DNA from: Bacteroidales bacterium
GTDB taxonomy: Bacteria; Bacteroidota; Bacteroidia; Bacteroidales; UBA7960
DNA length: 64,000 nt
Direction: 5' to 3'
NCBI GenBank assembly: GCA_041687035.1
Contig: JAWLCS010000010.1
Location: 17,624 to 81,623, forward strand
Shown here: positions 47,475 to 57,369 of the stretch, piece by piece
Layout: each line of letters begins with the position of its first letter
Position numbering within the stretch: position 1 is the stretch's first letter
Notes under the pieces: model-generated
Databases searched by the model: none
The model's input: only the letters and a program-made list of their open reading frames with translations
Told to the model about the DNA's origin: nothing
Position numbers and translations under genes: made by a program

Positions 47475-49907
47475 ATGGGTGCTGAAAAAACACACGAGAA
47501 TGTCAGCAACCGACTGCTTGTCAGCCTCGGGTTGCACTCTGCGGCCATCATTGCCTTTCAGCTTTCGCTGATGCAACTTATCTCAATAGTGCAGTGGCAT
47601 CATTTTGCTTACATGATCATCTCCATTGCCATGCTGGGGTTTGGCGCCAGCGGCACCCTTCTGGCGCTGGCAAGAAAAAGAATCCTGAAAAATGCTCACT
47701 GCCTGGTGCCTTTGCTCATGATGCTGAGCGGGGTACTCATGATGGTGGTTTTTCCGCTGAGCCGTGCCGGGTTTTTACGCTTCGATGTTTTCATGCTTTT
47801 TTCAGGGGGAGGTGGCTGGCTTGCCCTGTTTATGAACTACCTGGTTTTCTTTTTGCCATTTTTTTTCGGTGCCTTAGCCATTGGCATAATTCTCATCAGG
47901 CAAAGTAGTCAAATAGGATCTTTGTATTTTTCCAACTTAATTGGTTCGGGAGCCGGCGGATTGCTGGTGCTCTTACTCATGTCGGCTGTATTTCCACTCA
48001 GGGTTCCGGTGTTCATTGGATTGCTTTCTATAGTGCCGGGACTGCTTCTGAGTGACCGCAGCATCATTAAATGGAGCCTTCCAGCTGGGGTTGCCGGATT
48101 GCTGCTAGCTGTTTTCATATTCTTTACTCCCGGACAACTTCAATTGTCAGAATATAAATCTCTTGAAAAGTCCCTTCACCTGCCCGAGGCCACGATTACC
48201 CATACCACCCCATCGGTCTACGGACTGGTGCAGGTGGTTCACTCGCCCGCGCAACGCTTTGCTCCCGCGGTAAGTTTTTCTTACACCAACGAAATTGCCG
48301 GGGGCAATGCGGTTTTTGTAAACGGTGACTTTTTCGGGCATATACTGGGGCCCGCCGAGAACCCCCGCGAGCACATCCTCAACTATAGCACCCAGCAACT
48401 CCCCTATGTGCTATCAGATCCGGAGCTTGTGCTTTGTATTAACGCCGGAACCGGCGTGGCCGTGTCGCATGCCTTGGCCAATGGGGCCAAAAAGATCGAT
48501 GCAGTTATTGAAAACCGCGCTGTGGTCAGCCTTTTGAATAACGAGCTTAAAGAAGCCACAGGAGGGGTGTTTCAAGAACCCGGAGTGAAGGTCTATGGCC
48601 TGCAGGCAAGAAATTTTCTGGCGGGAGAAAGCCAGGACGATTACGATCTTATTGTGCTTCCGCTGCTCGATGGCTTTGGCGGCACCTCTGGCCTGAATGC
48701 CTTGCGCGAAGAATACAGTTATACCCTTGAGTCATTTCAACTCATGTTGCAGCGGCTCAGCCCTAAGGGCATGATCGCTGTATCGACCTGGCTAGACTAC
48801 CCTCCACGCACCAGTCTGAAAATCCCGGCTACACTGGTTGAAGCCGCTCTTGGAAGCGGAATTAAAGAGCCCCTGCAGCACATGGCAGCCATACGCTCAT
48901 GGGGCACGCTTACCTTTATCCTCAAAAAAGAGCCCCTGAATAAAACTGAAATTGAAGCCATAAGAAATTTTTCCGACGAAATGTTTTTCGACCCTTTGCT
49001 GCTTCCCGGTCTTCGCCCGAAGGAGCGGCAGCAGTATAACCTTACTGACGATCCACAGTATTTCGACCGGCTCGACCGTATCATAGCCAGTGACTCCCGG
49101 GCACTTGAAGATTATGGGTTTTCCATTGCGCCATCAACCGATAACAAGCCCTATTTTTCGCAGTTTTTACGGCTTGGCAGCATAAGACATATGGCTGGCA
49201 TTTTTGGGGACGAACAAATGCCGTTCCTTGAACTTGGGTACCTGACCCTGATCATTACCCTTGCGCAGAGCACTTTGCTTGCACTTTTTCTGATTATGGT
49301 GCCATTGTTTGCATTGAAAAAAAGTCGTCATAAAAAATCGACCACACTGTTATATTTTGGGGCACTTGGCCTGGGCTATATGTTTGCAGAAATCATTCTT
49401 ATTCAGCGCTTTGTGCTGTACTTCGGACAGCCAGTATTTGCCGTAGCCGCAGTCATAAGCACCATGATGCTGTTCAGCGGAGTGGGCAGCAGGCTTTCGC
49501 AAAAGTTTGAAGCCGCCACACGCAACATAAGAAACATTGCAGTTTTGGTGGCAGGCCTGCTGCTGCTTTTTGCTTTTGTGCTTACGCCCTTGCTTCAAGC
49601 CAGCATTGCGCTTGGTAATATTTTGAAAATAGCCATTAGCCTTATGGCCATTGGCATTCCAGCGTTTGTTATGGGTATGCTGTTCCCGTTGGGCATCCGG
49701 TTTCTCGACAAGCACGACCCGGAGCAAATCCCCTGGGCTTGGGGGATCAACGGCTGCCTGTCGGTCATAAGCACTTCGATGGCCACACTAATTGCTGTGG
49801 AAAGTGGTTTTCAGGCCGTAATCATTATCGCCGCAATCGCATATCTTATGGCAGCCCTGGCATTTTCGTTCAGCAGCAAAATATTCCGAAAAAATTCTGT
49901 TTCTTAG
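47475..49907 (+). CDS. polytopic membrane protein with central spermidine-synthase-like (class I MTase fold) domain
   Basis: About 810 aa from ATG 47475, 1 nt after the pcm stop. About 7 N-terminal and about 6 C-terminal TM helices flank a soluble region. That region has VLCINAGTGVAVSHAL...IDAVIEN...YDLIVLPLLD, resembling SpeE family motifs. Confidence 0.6.
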   Translation: MGAEKTHENVSNRLLVSLGLHSAAIIAFQLSLMQLISIVQWHHFAYMIISIAMLGFGASGTLLALARKRILKNAHCLVPLLMMLSGVLMMVVFPLSRAGFLRFDVFMLFSGGGGWLALFMNYLVFFLPFFFGALAIGIILIRQSSQIGSLYFSNLIGSGAGGLLVLLLMSAVFPLRVPVFIGLLSIVPGLLLSDRSIIKWSLPAGVAGLLLAVFIFFTPGQLQLSEYKSLEKSLHLPEATITHTTPSVYGLVQVVHSPAQRFAPAVSFSYTNEIAGGNAVFVNGDFFGHILGPAENPREHILNYSTQQLPYVLSDPELVLCINAGTGVAVSHALANGAKKIDAVIENRAVVSLLNNELKEATGGVFQEPGVKVYGLQARNFLAGESQDDYDLIVLPLLDGFGGTSGLNALREEYSYTLESFQLMLQRLSPKGMIAVSTWLDYPPRTSLKIPATLVEAALGSGIKEPLQHMAAIRSWGTLTFILKKEPLNKTEIEAIRNFSDEMFFDPLLLPGLRPKERQQYNLTDDPQYFDRLDRIIASDSRALEDYGFSIAPSTDNKPYFSQFLRLGSIRHMAGIFGDEQMPFLELGYLTLIITLAQSTLLALFLIMVPLFALKKSRHKKSTTLLYFGALGLGYMFAEIILIQRFVLYFGQPVFAVAAVISTMMLFSGVGSRLSQKFEAATRNIRNIAVLVAGLLLLFAFVLTPLLQASIALGNILKIAISLMAIGIPAFVMGMLFPLGIRFLDKHDPEQIPWAWGINGCLSVISTSMATLIAVESGFQAVIIIAAIAYLMAALAFSFSSKIFRKNSVS

Positions 49908-49923
49908 CACAAGAAAAAAGATC

Positions 49924-50727
49924 ATGATGCCATTGATTACTAGCCTGCATAACCCGCTGATAAAAAGCATTGTAAAACTTCAGCAGAAAGCCTCGGAACG
50001 AAAATCGAGCGGCACTTTCGTTGCAGAGGGGCGGCGCGAAGTGTCGCTGGCACTGCGCTATGGCATTGAAGCCGAAAAACTGATCTGGTGCCGCGAGATT
50101 TACCAGCCCGATTCCGTTTACCCCATTGCATTCGACACACTGCCTCCTCAAAGCTTTGTAGAGGTTTCGCCGGCCGTTTATAATAAAATGGCTTATCGCG
50201 AAAACGCGGAAGGAATTATCTTGCTTGGAAAAAGCAGGCACATTAGCCTGGAAGATTACCTGCCTTCCGGGCAACCGTTTATTATTGTGCTCGAAGGTGT
50301 AGAAAAGCCAGGCAACCTTGGGGCCATTCTACGCACCACCGATGCTGCCGCCGCCGATGCCGTTTTCCTTTGCGATGCACGCACCGACCTTTACAACCCC
50401 AACGCCATCAGGGCCAGCCTGGGCTGCGTGTTCAGCCAAAAGGTAATTATGTGCAGCAGCCGTGATGCCCTTGCATGGTTCAGGAAAAACGCCATCCGTA
50501 TTTTTGCGGCAGCACCCGAAACCCCTGAGCTTTATTTTGATGCAGATTTCAAACAGTCCACCGCCATTGCCTTTGGTGCCGAAGACGAGGGACTGAGTCC
50601 GGTTTGGTTTGACCAAGCTGACAAAGTGATAAAAATCCCAATGAATGGCATAATCGATTCCCTGAATGTGTCGGCTTCCGTGGCTATCGTTACATTTGAA
50701 GCCGTTCGCCAAAGAACATCAGATTGA
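49924..50727 (+). CDS. TrmH/SpoU family RNA 2'-O-methyltransferase
   Basis: 267 aa with LEGVEKPGNLGAILRT, FGAEDEGL and IPMNGIIDSLNVS SpoU motifs. Confidence 0.8.
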   Translation: MMPLITSLHNPLIKSIVKLQQKASERKSSGTFVAEGRREVSLALRYGIEAEKLIWCREIYQPDSVYPIAFDTLPPQSFVEVSPAVYNKMAYRENAEGIILLGKSRHISLEDYLPSGQPFIIVLEGVEKPGNLGAILRTTDAAAADAVFLCDARTDLYNPNAIRASLGCVFSQKVIMCSSRDALAWFRKNAIRIFAAAPETPELYFDADFKQSTAIAFGAEDEGLSPVWFDQADKVIKIPMNGIIDSLNVSASVAIVTFEAVRQRTSD

Positions 50728-50859
50728 TGATTTCGGATTTCGGATTAGCTTCACTGAACTCTTCCGCTGGCCAGCGGATTCGATCAATGATTTTTAAAAA
50801 TAGCTGCCATAAATAAAACAGGGCGCCAAATCATTAACCATCATTCATAAATCATCAAT

Positions 50860-52026
50860 TTATTTTTGTCTGCGTCTTTTCAGCTCGGCATCGAGCAAAA
50901 ACAATTCGCGTGAGGTTTGTCCGGCCACAGAAGTATTTTCTTCTGCGCGCCTGATAAGATAAGGCACTACCGTTTTTACTGGTCCGTATGGCACATACTT
51001 GGTTACGTTAAACCCTTTGTCAGCCATATTGTAGCTGATATGGTCGCTCATGCCCAACAGCTGTGAGAAGGAAACATGCGCATGATTTCTGGCAATGCCC
51101 AGGCTAATCATTTTTTCTGCCCCTTTCTTGCAGCTCAACTCGTTGTGGGTGCCCACACAAACCGCTACATCCTTAATGTTATCAATGCAAAAGGCCACGG
51201 CATCATCATAACCCTTGTCGGTGCCCGGCTTGTCAGGATAAATGGGCGAAGGATAACCTTTCTCTACTGCCCGCTCCCTCTCCTTTTCCATATAGGCGCC
51301 CCTAACCAGCTTCACACCGGTAAAAACTCCTTTCTGTCGCATGCGGTCAACCAACCTTTTTAGGTAATCGAGGCGGTCGTGGCGGTACATTTGAAGGGTG
51401 GTATACACCAATGGCATTTCCTGGTTGAAACGGATCATCATTTCTTCTACCATTTCATCCACAATTTGCTGAATCCAGGTTTCTTCTGCATCCACCATAA
51501 CAGGAATGCCAAGGTCTTTTGCACGCTGACAAATAGTAAGGTAGCGGCCCTTAACCCTTTCAAATTCCTGCTGCTCTTCATGGGTAAGGAGTTTCTTTGC
51601 CTGCACTTTTTCCATTAATGCAAAGCGTGCCACCCCGGTGGGTTTAAAAACCGCATAAGGAATATCAGGATTGTTCCTGGCCTTCTCCATAGTGGCCAGA
51701 ATCTGATCGCGGGTGTAGTCAAAATCCCGGTCCGTTTCTTTACCTTCTGCCGAGTAGTCGAGAATGGTTTTGATATTTGAGCGACCCAGGCGCGCAATGG
51801 TGGGGTCGCAGGAGTCGATGTTTTCGCCTCCGCAAAAGTGACTGAAAACAGTAGGTCTCAGCGCCCAGGAAACCGGCAGCCCGGTGGAGAGAGCAAATCG
51901 GGTGAGGCCTGCTCCAACTTTCACCAGTGCGGGGTTGCCAATCATACGAAACAACCACCATGCCTTTTTCAGTTCTGCGTTGCTTTTGTCATGAAAAGCC
52001 ACCTGTGTATTATCAAATGAGAGCAT
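50860..52026 (-). CDS. proline dehydrogenase family protein
   Basis: 388 aa standalone PRODH-like TIM barrel (VKLVRGAY...E, THN). Call is by overall resemblance. Confidence 0.7.
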   Translation of the reverse strand: MLSFDNTQVAFHDKSNAELKKAWWLFRMIGNPALVKVGAGLTRFALSTGLPVSWALRPTVFSHFCGGENIDSCDPTIARLGRSNIKTILDYSAEGKETDRDFDYTRDQILATMEKARNNPDIPYAVFKPTGVARFALMEKVQAKKLLTHEEQQEFERVKGRYLTICQRAKDLGIPVMVDAEETWIQQIVDEMVEEMMIRFNQEMPLVYTTLQMYRHDRLDYLKRLVDRMRQKGVFTGVKLVRGAYMEKERERAVEKGYPSPIYPDKPGTDKGYDDAVAFCIDNIKDVAVCVGTHNELSCKKGAEKMISLGIARNHAHVSFSQLLGMSDHISYNMADKGFNVTKYVPYGPVKTVVPYLIRRAEENTSVAGQTSRELFLLDAELKRRRQK

Positions 52027-52163
52027 AGGATCGAAATTTTTGTGGCAAAATTACGAATATCCTGCTTGGAAATTTAATCATTTACAAAGTGTATGAAAAG
52101 AATTGCGTAAATTGTAAGAAATTCTAAAGTTTAAATAAATTTGCCAGAAATAAACAGGCTGCT

Positions 52164-53246
52164 ATGAGTCAGGAAGACCGCTTGCTAAACCATCCGGTAT
52201 TTTTTGAGGACGACGATAATGCGCATTTTGCCCGCTTCCTCGATTTTCACGTTAAGTCAGGCGAAAGCATCTTTGTTCTTACCGACCAAAACACGCACAA
52301 GCAGTGCCTGCCGGTGCTGCGCAAAAAATTACCCGATGGCTTTCCGCTAAAAATAATCGAAGTGCCTGCAGGTGAAAAGCATAAGACACTCGAAACCTGT
52401 CATTCGGTTTGGGAAATATTGACCGATAAGCTAGCCGAACGCAATTCGGTGCTGATTAACCTGGGCGGCGGGGTGGTTTGCGACCTGGGTGGTTTTGCCG
52501 CTTCAGTGTTCAAAAGAGGCATACGGTTCATTCATATGCCTACCAGCCTTATGGCCATGGCCGATGCAAGCATTGGCGGAAAAACAGGTATCGATCTGAA
52601 GGGTCTGAAAAATATTCTGGGAACCTTCAGCCAGCCCATGGCCGTGTTTATCGATCCCGTATTTCTGCGCAGCCTTCCCGAAAGGGAGTTAAATAACGGC
52701 TTTGCCGAAATGCTTAAGCACGGACTGATTGCTGAGTATTCGTTTTTTGAAGAGCTGGCCGAAGCCGGCCCCGAGGAAGTTACCACCGAACAGATCAGGA
52801 TTTCGGTTGAGATAAAATCGGATATCGTGCAGCGCGACCCACTGGAAAAAAGTATCCGAAAGGCGCTGAACTTTGGCCACACCATTGGCCACGCCCTGGA
52901 AAGCTACTCACTGCTTCATGACGAAAAGCCCCTGTTGCATGGCGAATCGGTAATACTTGGCATGATGGCCGAAACCATGTTATCGGAAAAAATGAATTTC
53001 CTGAGCAACGAAGAAACCGAAGAGATTCTTACCGGACTCATTGACTTTGCGGTACTTTACGATCTCAACAACAACTGCATCAATGCCCTAACCGAGCTTA
53101 TGCAGCACGACAAAAAAAGCGTGGGAGGCATTCCCGGTTTCAGCCTGCTGCGCCGGCCCGGACTGGTGGTCACTGACGTGGAATGTAAACCTGATGACAT
53201 TCTCAGCGTTCTGCATGAGTTAAAAGAAATTCTAAAAAACAATTAA
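52164..53246 (+). CDS. aroB: 3-dehydroquinate synthase
   Basis: 360 aa with LGGGVVCDLGGFAA, DASIGGKTGIDL and HTIGHALE motifs. Confidence 0.85.
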   Translation: MSQEDRLLNHPVFFEDDDNAHFARFLDFHVKSGESIFVLTDQNTHKQCLPVLRKKLPDGFPLKIIEVPAGEKHKTLETCHSVWEILTDKLAERNSVLINLGGGVVCDLGGFAASVFKRGIRFIHMPTSLMAMADASIGGKTGIDLKGLKNILGTFSQPMAVFIDPVFLRSLPERELNNGFAEMLKHGLIAEYSFFEELAEAGPEEVTTEQIRISVEIKSDIVQRDPLEKSIRKALNFGHTIGHALESYSLLHDEKPLLHGESVILGMMAETMLSEKMNFLSNEETEEILTGLIDFAVLYDLNNNCINALTELMQHDKKSVGGIPGFSLLRRPGLVVTDVECKPDDILSVLHELKEILKNN

Positions 53247-53255
53247 GCCATTGTC

Positions 53256-54524
53256 ATGGAAAATTTGTTGCTGGTTAATGCCCCGGCCGATGGTGCCATA
53301 AATGGAACGATCCAGTTGCCTGCCTCAAAGAGCATTTCAAACAGGATGCTGATTATAAGGGCTTTGTGCCAGCAAGATTTCCCCATACACAACCTTTCGG
53401 AGGCCGAAGACACCAAAACCCTTTTACAGGCCCTGGAAGCCGAAGGCGTTTCGCCCGACATAGATGCAGGGCATACCGGTACGGCCATGCGTTTCCTCAC
53501 CGCTTACCTGGCCACACGGCCAGGCACTTTTTATCTTACCGGATCGGAGCGCATGAAGCAAAGGCCCATTGCCCCGCTGGTAAATGCCCTTCAGCAGCTG
53601 GGCGCCAACATTTCATACTTCGAAAAAGCTGGTTTTCCACCGCTGAAGATCAAAGGCCAAAAGCTCAGGGGCGGAAAGATAAATATCGATGCTGGCATTA
53701 GCAGTCAGTTTATCAGCAGCCTTTTGCTGATTGCACCCTACCTTGACGAAGGGCTGGAAGTCACCCTCAGCGGTGTTCCGGTTTCTTCTGAATATATAAA
53801 AATGACCCTTGGGCTAATGAGCCGTTTTGGCATTGAGGCCCGCTGGGAGCGTAACGTCATTAAGATTTTGCCAGGCTACTATCAGCCGCAAGAAATCACC
53901 ATTGAGCCCGACTGGTCGGGTGCATCCTACTTTTACGAACTGTTGCTGCTCTGCGAAAAGGGCAGCTTGTTTTTCCCCGACCTTACGGCGAAAAGTTTGC
54001 AGGGCGATGAGGTACTGTGGCAGTGGTTCGAACATCTTGGCATTACTACGCGGTTTACCAAGGAGGGGGCTTATGCCGAAAAGGCAAAAGGGCATCCGGA
54101 GTTTGTTTCGTTCAGCTTTATTGAAAATCCCGACCTGGCCCAGGCCATGGCCATGGCCTTTGCCGGCAACAACATTCAGGCTGTTTTCAGAGGGCTGGAA
54201 ACCCTGCCCCTAAAAGAAACCGACCGCATAAAGGCCTTGCAGGGCGAACTGGGAAAACTGGGCTTCTCGCTGGCTGCGCGCGAGGAAGGAATATGGCAGC
54301 TACGAAAGACCGCCTGGCCGCAGCTGCCCGGGCGTGTGATCTTCAAGACCTACAACGACCATCGTATGGCCATGGCCTGTGCGCCTCTGGCGCTGAAGCT
54401 GGGACAAGTGGGCATTCACGATCCCGAGGTGGTAGCCAAGTCATTTCCTGGTTACTGGGATTGCCTCAAACAGATTGGATTTAAACTGATTTTTGATGCC
54501 CGTCAGGAAACGCCGAATCCTTAA
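53256..54524 (+). CDS. aroA: 3-phosphoshikimate 1-carboxyvinyltransferase (EPSP synthase)
   Basis: 422 aa with LPASKSISNR, GTAMRFL, ERMKQRPI and DHRMAMA motifs. Confidence 0.9.
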   Translation: MENLLLVNAPADGAINGTIQLPASKSISNRMLIIRALCQQDFPIHNLSEAEDTKTLLQALEAEGVSPDIDAGHTGTAMRFLTAYLATRPGTFYLTGSERMKQRPIAPLVNALQQLGANISYFEKAGFPPLKIKGQKLRGGKINIDAGISSQFISSLLLIAPYLDEGLEVTLSGVPVSSEYIKMTLGLMSRFGIEARWERNVIKILPGYYQPQEITIEPDWSGASYFYELLLLCEKGSLFFPDLTAKSLQGDEVLWQWFEHLGITTRFTKEGAYAEKAKGHPEFVSFSFIENPDLAQAMAMAFAGNNIQAVFRGLETLPLKETDRIKALQGELGKLGFSLAAREEGIWQLRKTAWPQLPGRVIFKTYNDHRMAMACAPLALKLGQVGIHDPEVVAKSFPGYWDCLKQIGFKLIFDARQETPNP

Positions 54525-55417
54525 ACCTTGCCGGTAAGCCCCATAGGATCTATAAAAGAACGCACTACCAGACTTTTTTCAAGGCTGCTGTCGCCATCTT
54601 CCTGGGTGGGCACCACCGTAAGTATGGGAACATCAGCTTTGTCGATGATTCTTTCGGTGGAATTTTGAGAGAATATATCCGGGATACTGCTTCCTTTCTC
54701 AGCCACAATCAAAATAAGGTCGGCATCGATTTTATCGGCAAAAGTCATGAGTGCCTCTGGCCAGTCGATATTCGGATCGATACATAGATCGGTCGTTACA
54801 TCCAACCCCAAATCGCCAAAGGTATCCTTAACCTTCTTTAGTAAAGCTTCTTTTTTAAAGATGGTGGCCTTGTTGCGGGTTCCCAAAAATCCAAACACCT
54901 TGATGTTGGCCCCAAAATAATTGGAAAACTTAACGGCTTTAATAATCTTCTGGGTGCTTTCCTGCGAAAAATCTATGGGCAATACAATGTTTTTGTAACC
55001 TACATGGTGATGCATATGCTTAACTACCATCACAGGCACATTCACGCTGCAAACCACCTTATAGGCATAGCTTCCCATAATATGCTGCACGCCCTTTTTG
55101 CCGTGGATGCCCATTACAATAAACTCAGCACGGAGGCGGTCGGCCACTTTGCTGATAGTGGTAAAAATACTTCCCTCTTCTATCAGGTAAGAAACCTTGA
55201 GCTTGGCGCGGCTTTTTATCTGCGCCACAGCTTCTTTTAGCTTTTTTTCTATTTCTTTTTCCTTTGGTGTGCCCAGCACTTTCTTCCCAACCACATGAAG
55301 CAATACAATCTTGTGGTTAAAAATCTTGGCTATTTCAGTGGCATGGTCCATCGAGAAGCTTGCCACATCAGTAAAGTCGGTAGGAACCAAAATATTATCG
55401 CGCAATAGTTTAGCCAT
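54521..55417 (-). CDS. universal stress protein, tandem USP domains
   Basis: 298 aa with ILVPTDFT...LLHV and MGIHGKKG in the first half. A second USP-like half follows. Confidence 0.75.
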   Translation of the reverse strand: MAKLLRDNILVPTDFTDVASFSMDHATEIAKIFNHKIVLLHVVGKKVLGTPKEKEIEKKLKEAVAQIKSRAKLKVSYLIEEGSIFTTISKVADRLRAEFIVMGIHGKKGVQHIMGSYAYKVVCSVNVPVMVVKHMHHHVGYKNIVLPIDFSQESTQKIIKAVKFSNYFGANIKVFGFLGTRNKATIFKKEALLKKVKDTFGDLGLDVTTDLCIDPNIDWPEALMTFADKIDADLILIVAEKGSSIPDIFSQNSTERIIDKADVPILTVVPTQEDGDSSLEKSLVVRSFIDPMGLTGKV

Positions 55418-55508
55418 CCAAAGGAGTATTAGGATTAAAAGGCGAGTAAAAGTAAGAAAAAATGAGAAATTTTTCCTGCTGGAAATAAAATCGCCGCCAA
55501 ATCAGATC

Positions 55509-56441
55509 CTATTCATGTTTTGGTTTGGAGTTCAGCAGTCCCAGCGGGTCGATAAATGAGGTAACCACCTGGGGCCTGAATTCTGCCTGGGGTGTTATGC
55601 TTAACACCGGAACGCAAGCCCTGAAAATAATCTCCTGTGCAATGGATCCCACAAAAAAACGAGCAATTTTTTTCTTTTGCTGGGTCATAATAATAATCAT
55701 ATCGGCTTCCTTGCGCAAAGCCATCTGACAGATGCATTCAGATACTTTGGAAACATCGTCTTTAATGATCTCGGTAGTGCACTTAATGCCTTGACGAGTA
55801 ATGGCATTGCGCACCTGATTAATTTGCACATTCTTCATGAGCTTTTTAATCTTGTGGTCATCGGGAATAACCGAAATCAGGTGAATGGTAGCCCCTAAAA
55901 ACTTCCCAAACTCAATGGCTTTCTGCACCTGCTTCTTGGTTTGCCCGGTAAAATCGAGCGGCACCAAAATATTCCGAAAGGCGGGAAAAATCTTATCGCC
56001 TTTCAGTGTAATGACTGGGCAGTGGGCTTCGCGCACCACGTTGAAGGTGTTGCTTCCCAAAAACCGCCGGCTGCGCTTCGACTCTCCTGCATCGCAGCCC
56101 ATCACAATAAGAATAACATCCTGATCGAGCGCGGTTTCAATGATCTGGTCGTAAACTTTACCTTTTTTAATAATGTAGGAAACTGGCACACGGGCCTCAG
56201 CCGTTGAGTTTTCAACAAAATTCTCAATATGGTCGAACTGCTTTTTGGCATGGCCCATCAAACGGTTGAGGTATTCGTCGGGCGAAAGAAACTTGCTCAC
56301 ACCGGCCTGGTCTTCAATAACATGTAGCAGCAGGATTTCAGCATCGAAAACCTGGGCCACCGAATATGATTGCTCAATAATACGGTCGGACTTTTCGCCG
56401 AAATCGACAGGAACCAAGATTTTGTTTCTGGAGTAACCCAT
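55509..56441 (-). CDS. universal stress protein, tandem USP domains
   Basis: 310 aa with ILVPVDFG...LLHV. Two USP-like halves. Confidence 0.75.
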   Translation of the reverse strand: MGYSRNKILVPVDFGEKSDRIIEQSYSVAQVFDAEILLLHVIEDQAGVSKFLSPDEYLNRLMGHAKKQFDHIENFVENSTAEARVPVSYIIKKGKVYDQIIETALDQDVILIVMGCDAGESKRSRRFLGSNTFNVVREAHCPVITLKGDKIFPAFRNILVPLDFTGQTKKQVQKAIEFGKFLGATIHLISVIPDDHKIKKLMKNVQINQVRNAITRQGIKCTTEIIKDDVSKVSECICQMALRKEADMIIIMTQQKKKIARFFVGSIAQEIIFRACVPVLSITPQAEFRPQVVTSFIDPLGLLNSKPKHE

Positions 56442-56562
56442 GGCGCGGCTGCTTGATGCCCCTGCTGACTTCCGGTATAAACCATGGCCGGCAAAGACGG
56501 ATTCCTATACAAATATAGATATTTTTTCAGTATGTTTGCTGCGTCTGGCAGATTATTTCAAA

Positions 56563-57132
56563 CTATTCCGACCATTTATCGCCAGCAAAACCGGGGCGGT
56601 AATTTTTCAGGTAGGTAATGGCATCCCATGAGTCTTTGGCAAAATAATACATTCCGCGAAAGCGCTCTGATGCAAACCGCTCGTTATACACGTGATCGAA
56701 AAAAGCGTTCAATGAATTGAAGAATCCGTTGGTATTGATCAGCACAATAGGCTTTTGGTGCACCTGAAGTTGCTTAAGCGTGATCATTTCGAGCAACTCT
56801 TCTATGGTGCCAAAGCCCCCGGGCAGGGCCACAAAAGCATCAGAAAGGGTTTCCATGGTAGCTTTTCGCTCACGCAAATCGCGGGTAACGATCAAGTTAT
56901 CGACACCTTCATAGGCAATTCCCCTTTTATGGATCAACTCCGGAATCACCCCGGTTACATGCCCCTGCCCTTCTTTTACAGAAAGTGCCAGCGCGCCCAT
57001 CAGTCCAACGGTAGTACCGCCATAAATCAAATCATAGCTATTGTTGCCTATCAGGCTTCCCAAGGCCCGGGCCTCTTCAAAATATTGCTGGTCGATATAA
57101 TCGCTTGATGAGCAGAACACACAAATTTTCAT
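56563..57132 (-). CDS. LOG family (TIGR00730-type) nucleotide 5'-monophosphate nucleosidase
   Basis: 189 aa with YGGTTVGLMG and LPGGFGTIEEL signature motifs. Confidence 0.85.
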   Translation of the reverse strand: MKICVFCSSSDYIDQQYFEEARALGSLIGNNSYDLIYGGTTVGLMGALALSVKEGQGHVTGVIPELIHKRGIAYEGVDNLIVTRDLRERKATMETLSDAFVALPGGFGTIEELLEMITLKQLQVHQKPIVLINTNGFFNSLNAFFDHVYNERFASERFRGMYYFAKDSWDAITYLKNYRPGFAGDKWSE

Positions 57133-57369
57133 CAGAACTTTGAGTTTTTCCGAAAAAAAATATAATTATTGATTCTTAACCTTTGAAATAATCAAAAAAT
57201 ATGCTCAAACATAAAAATAAAAAGGCAAACAATAAGAATTGGATAAATGTAGGAAATTATTTTCATTAATAATTTTTTTAATGAAAATTTCCTGCAAAAG
57301 ATTAAAAACAAATAACCGGCAGTGCAAAGAATTCCGTTAACGGAATCTTTGTACCATTTATTCCCGAAA

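Noticed and set aside
50728-50859. Perfect 14-nt palindrome CCGCTGGCCAGCGG and repeated 'atcat' motifs between the trmH-like and proline dehydrogenase genes
   Set aside because: It probably forms a short hairpin between convergent genes, but there is no adjacent T-run on either strand. Too little structure to call a terminator or regulatory site.
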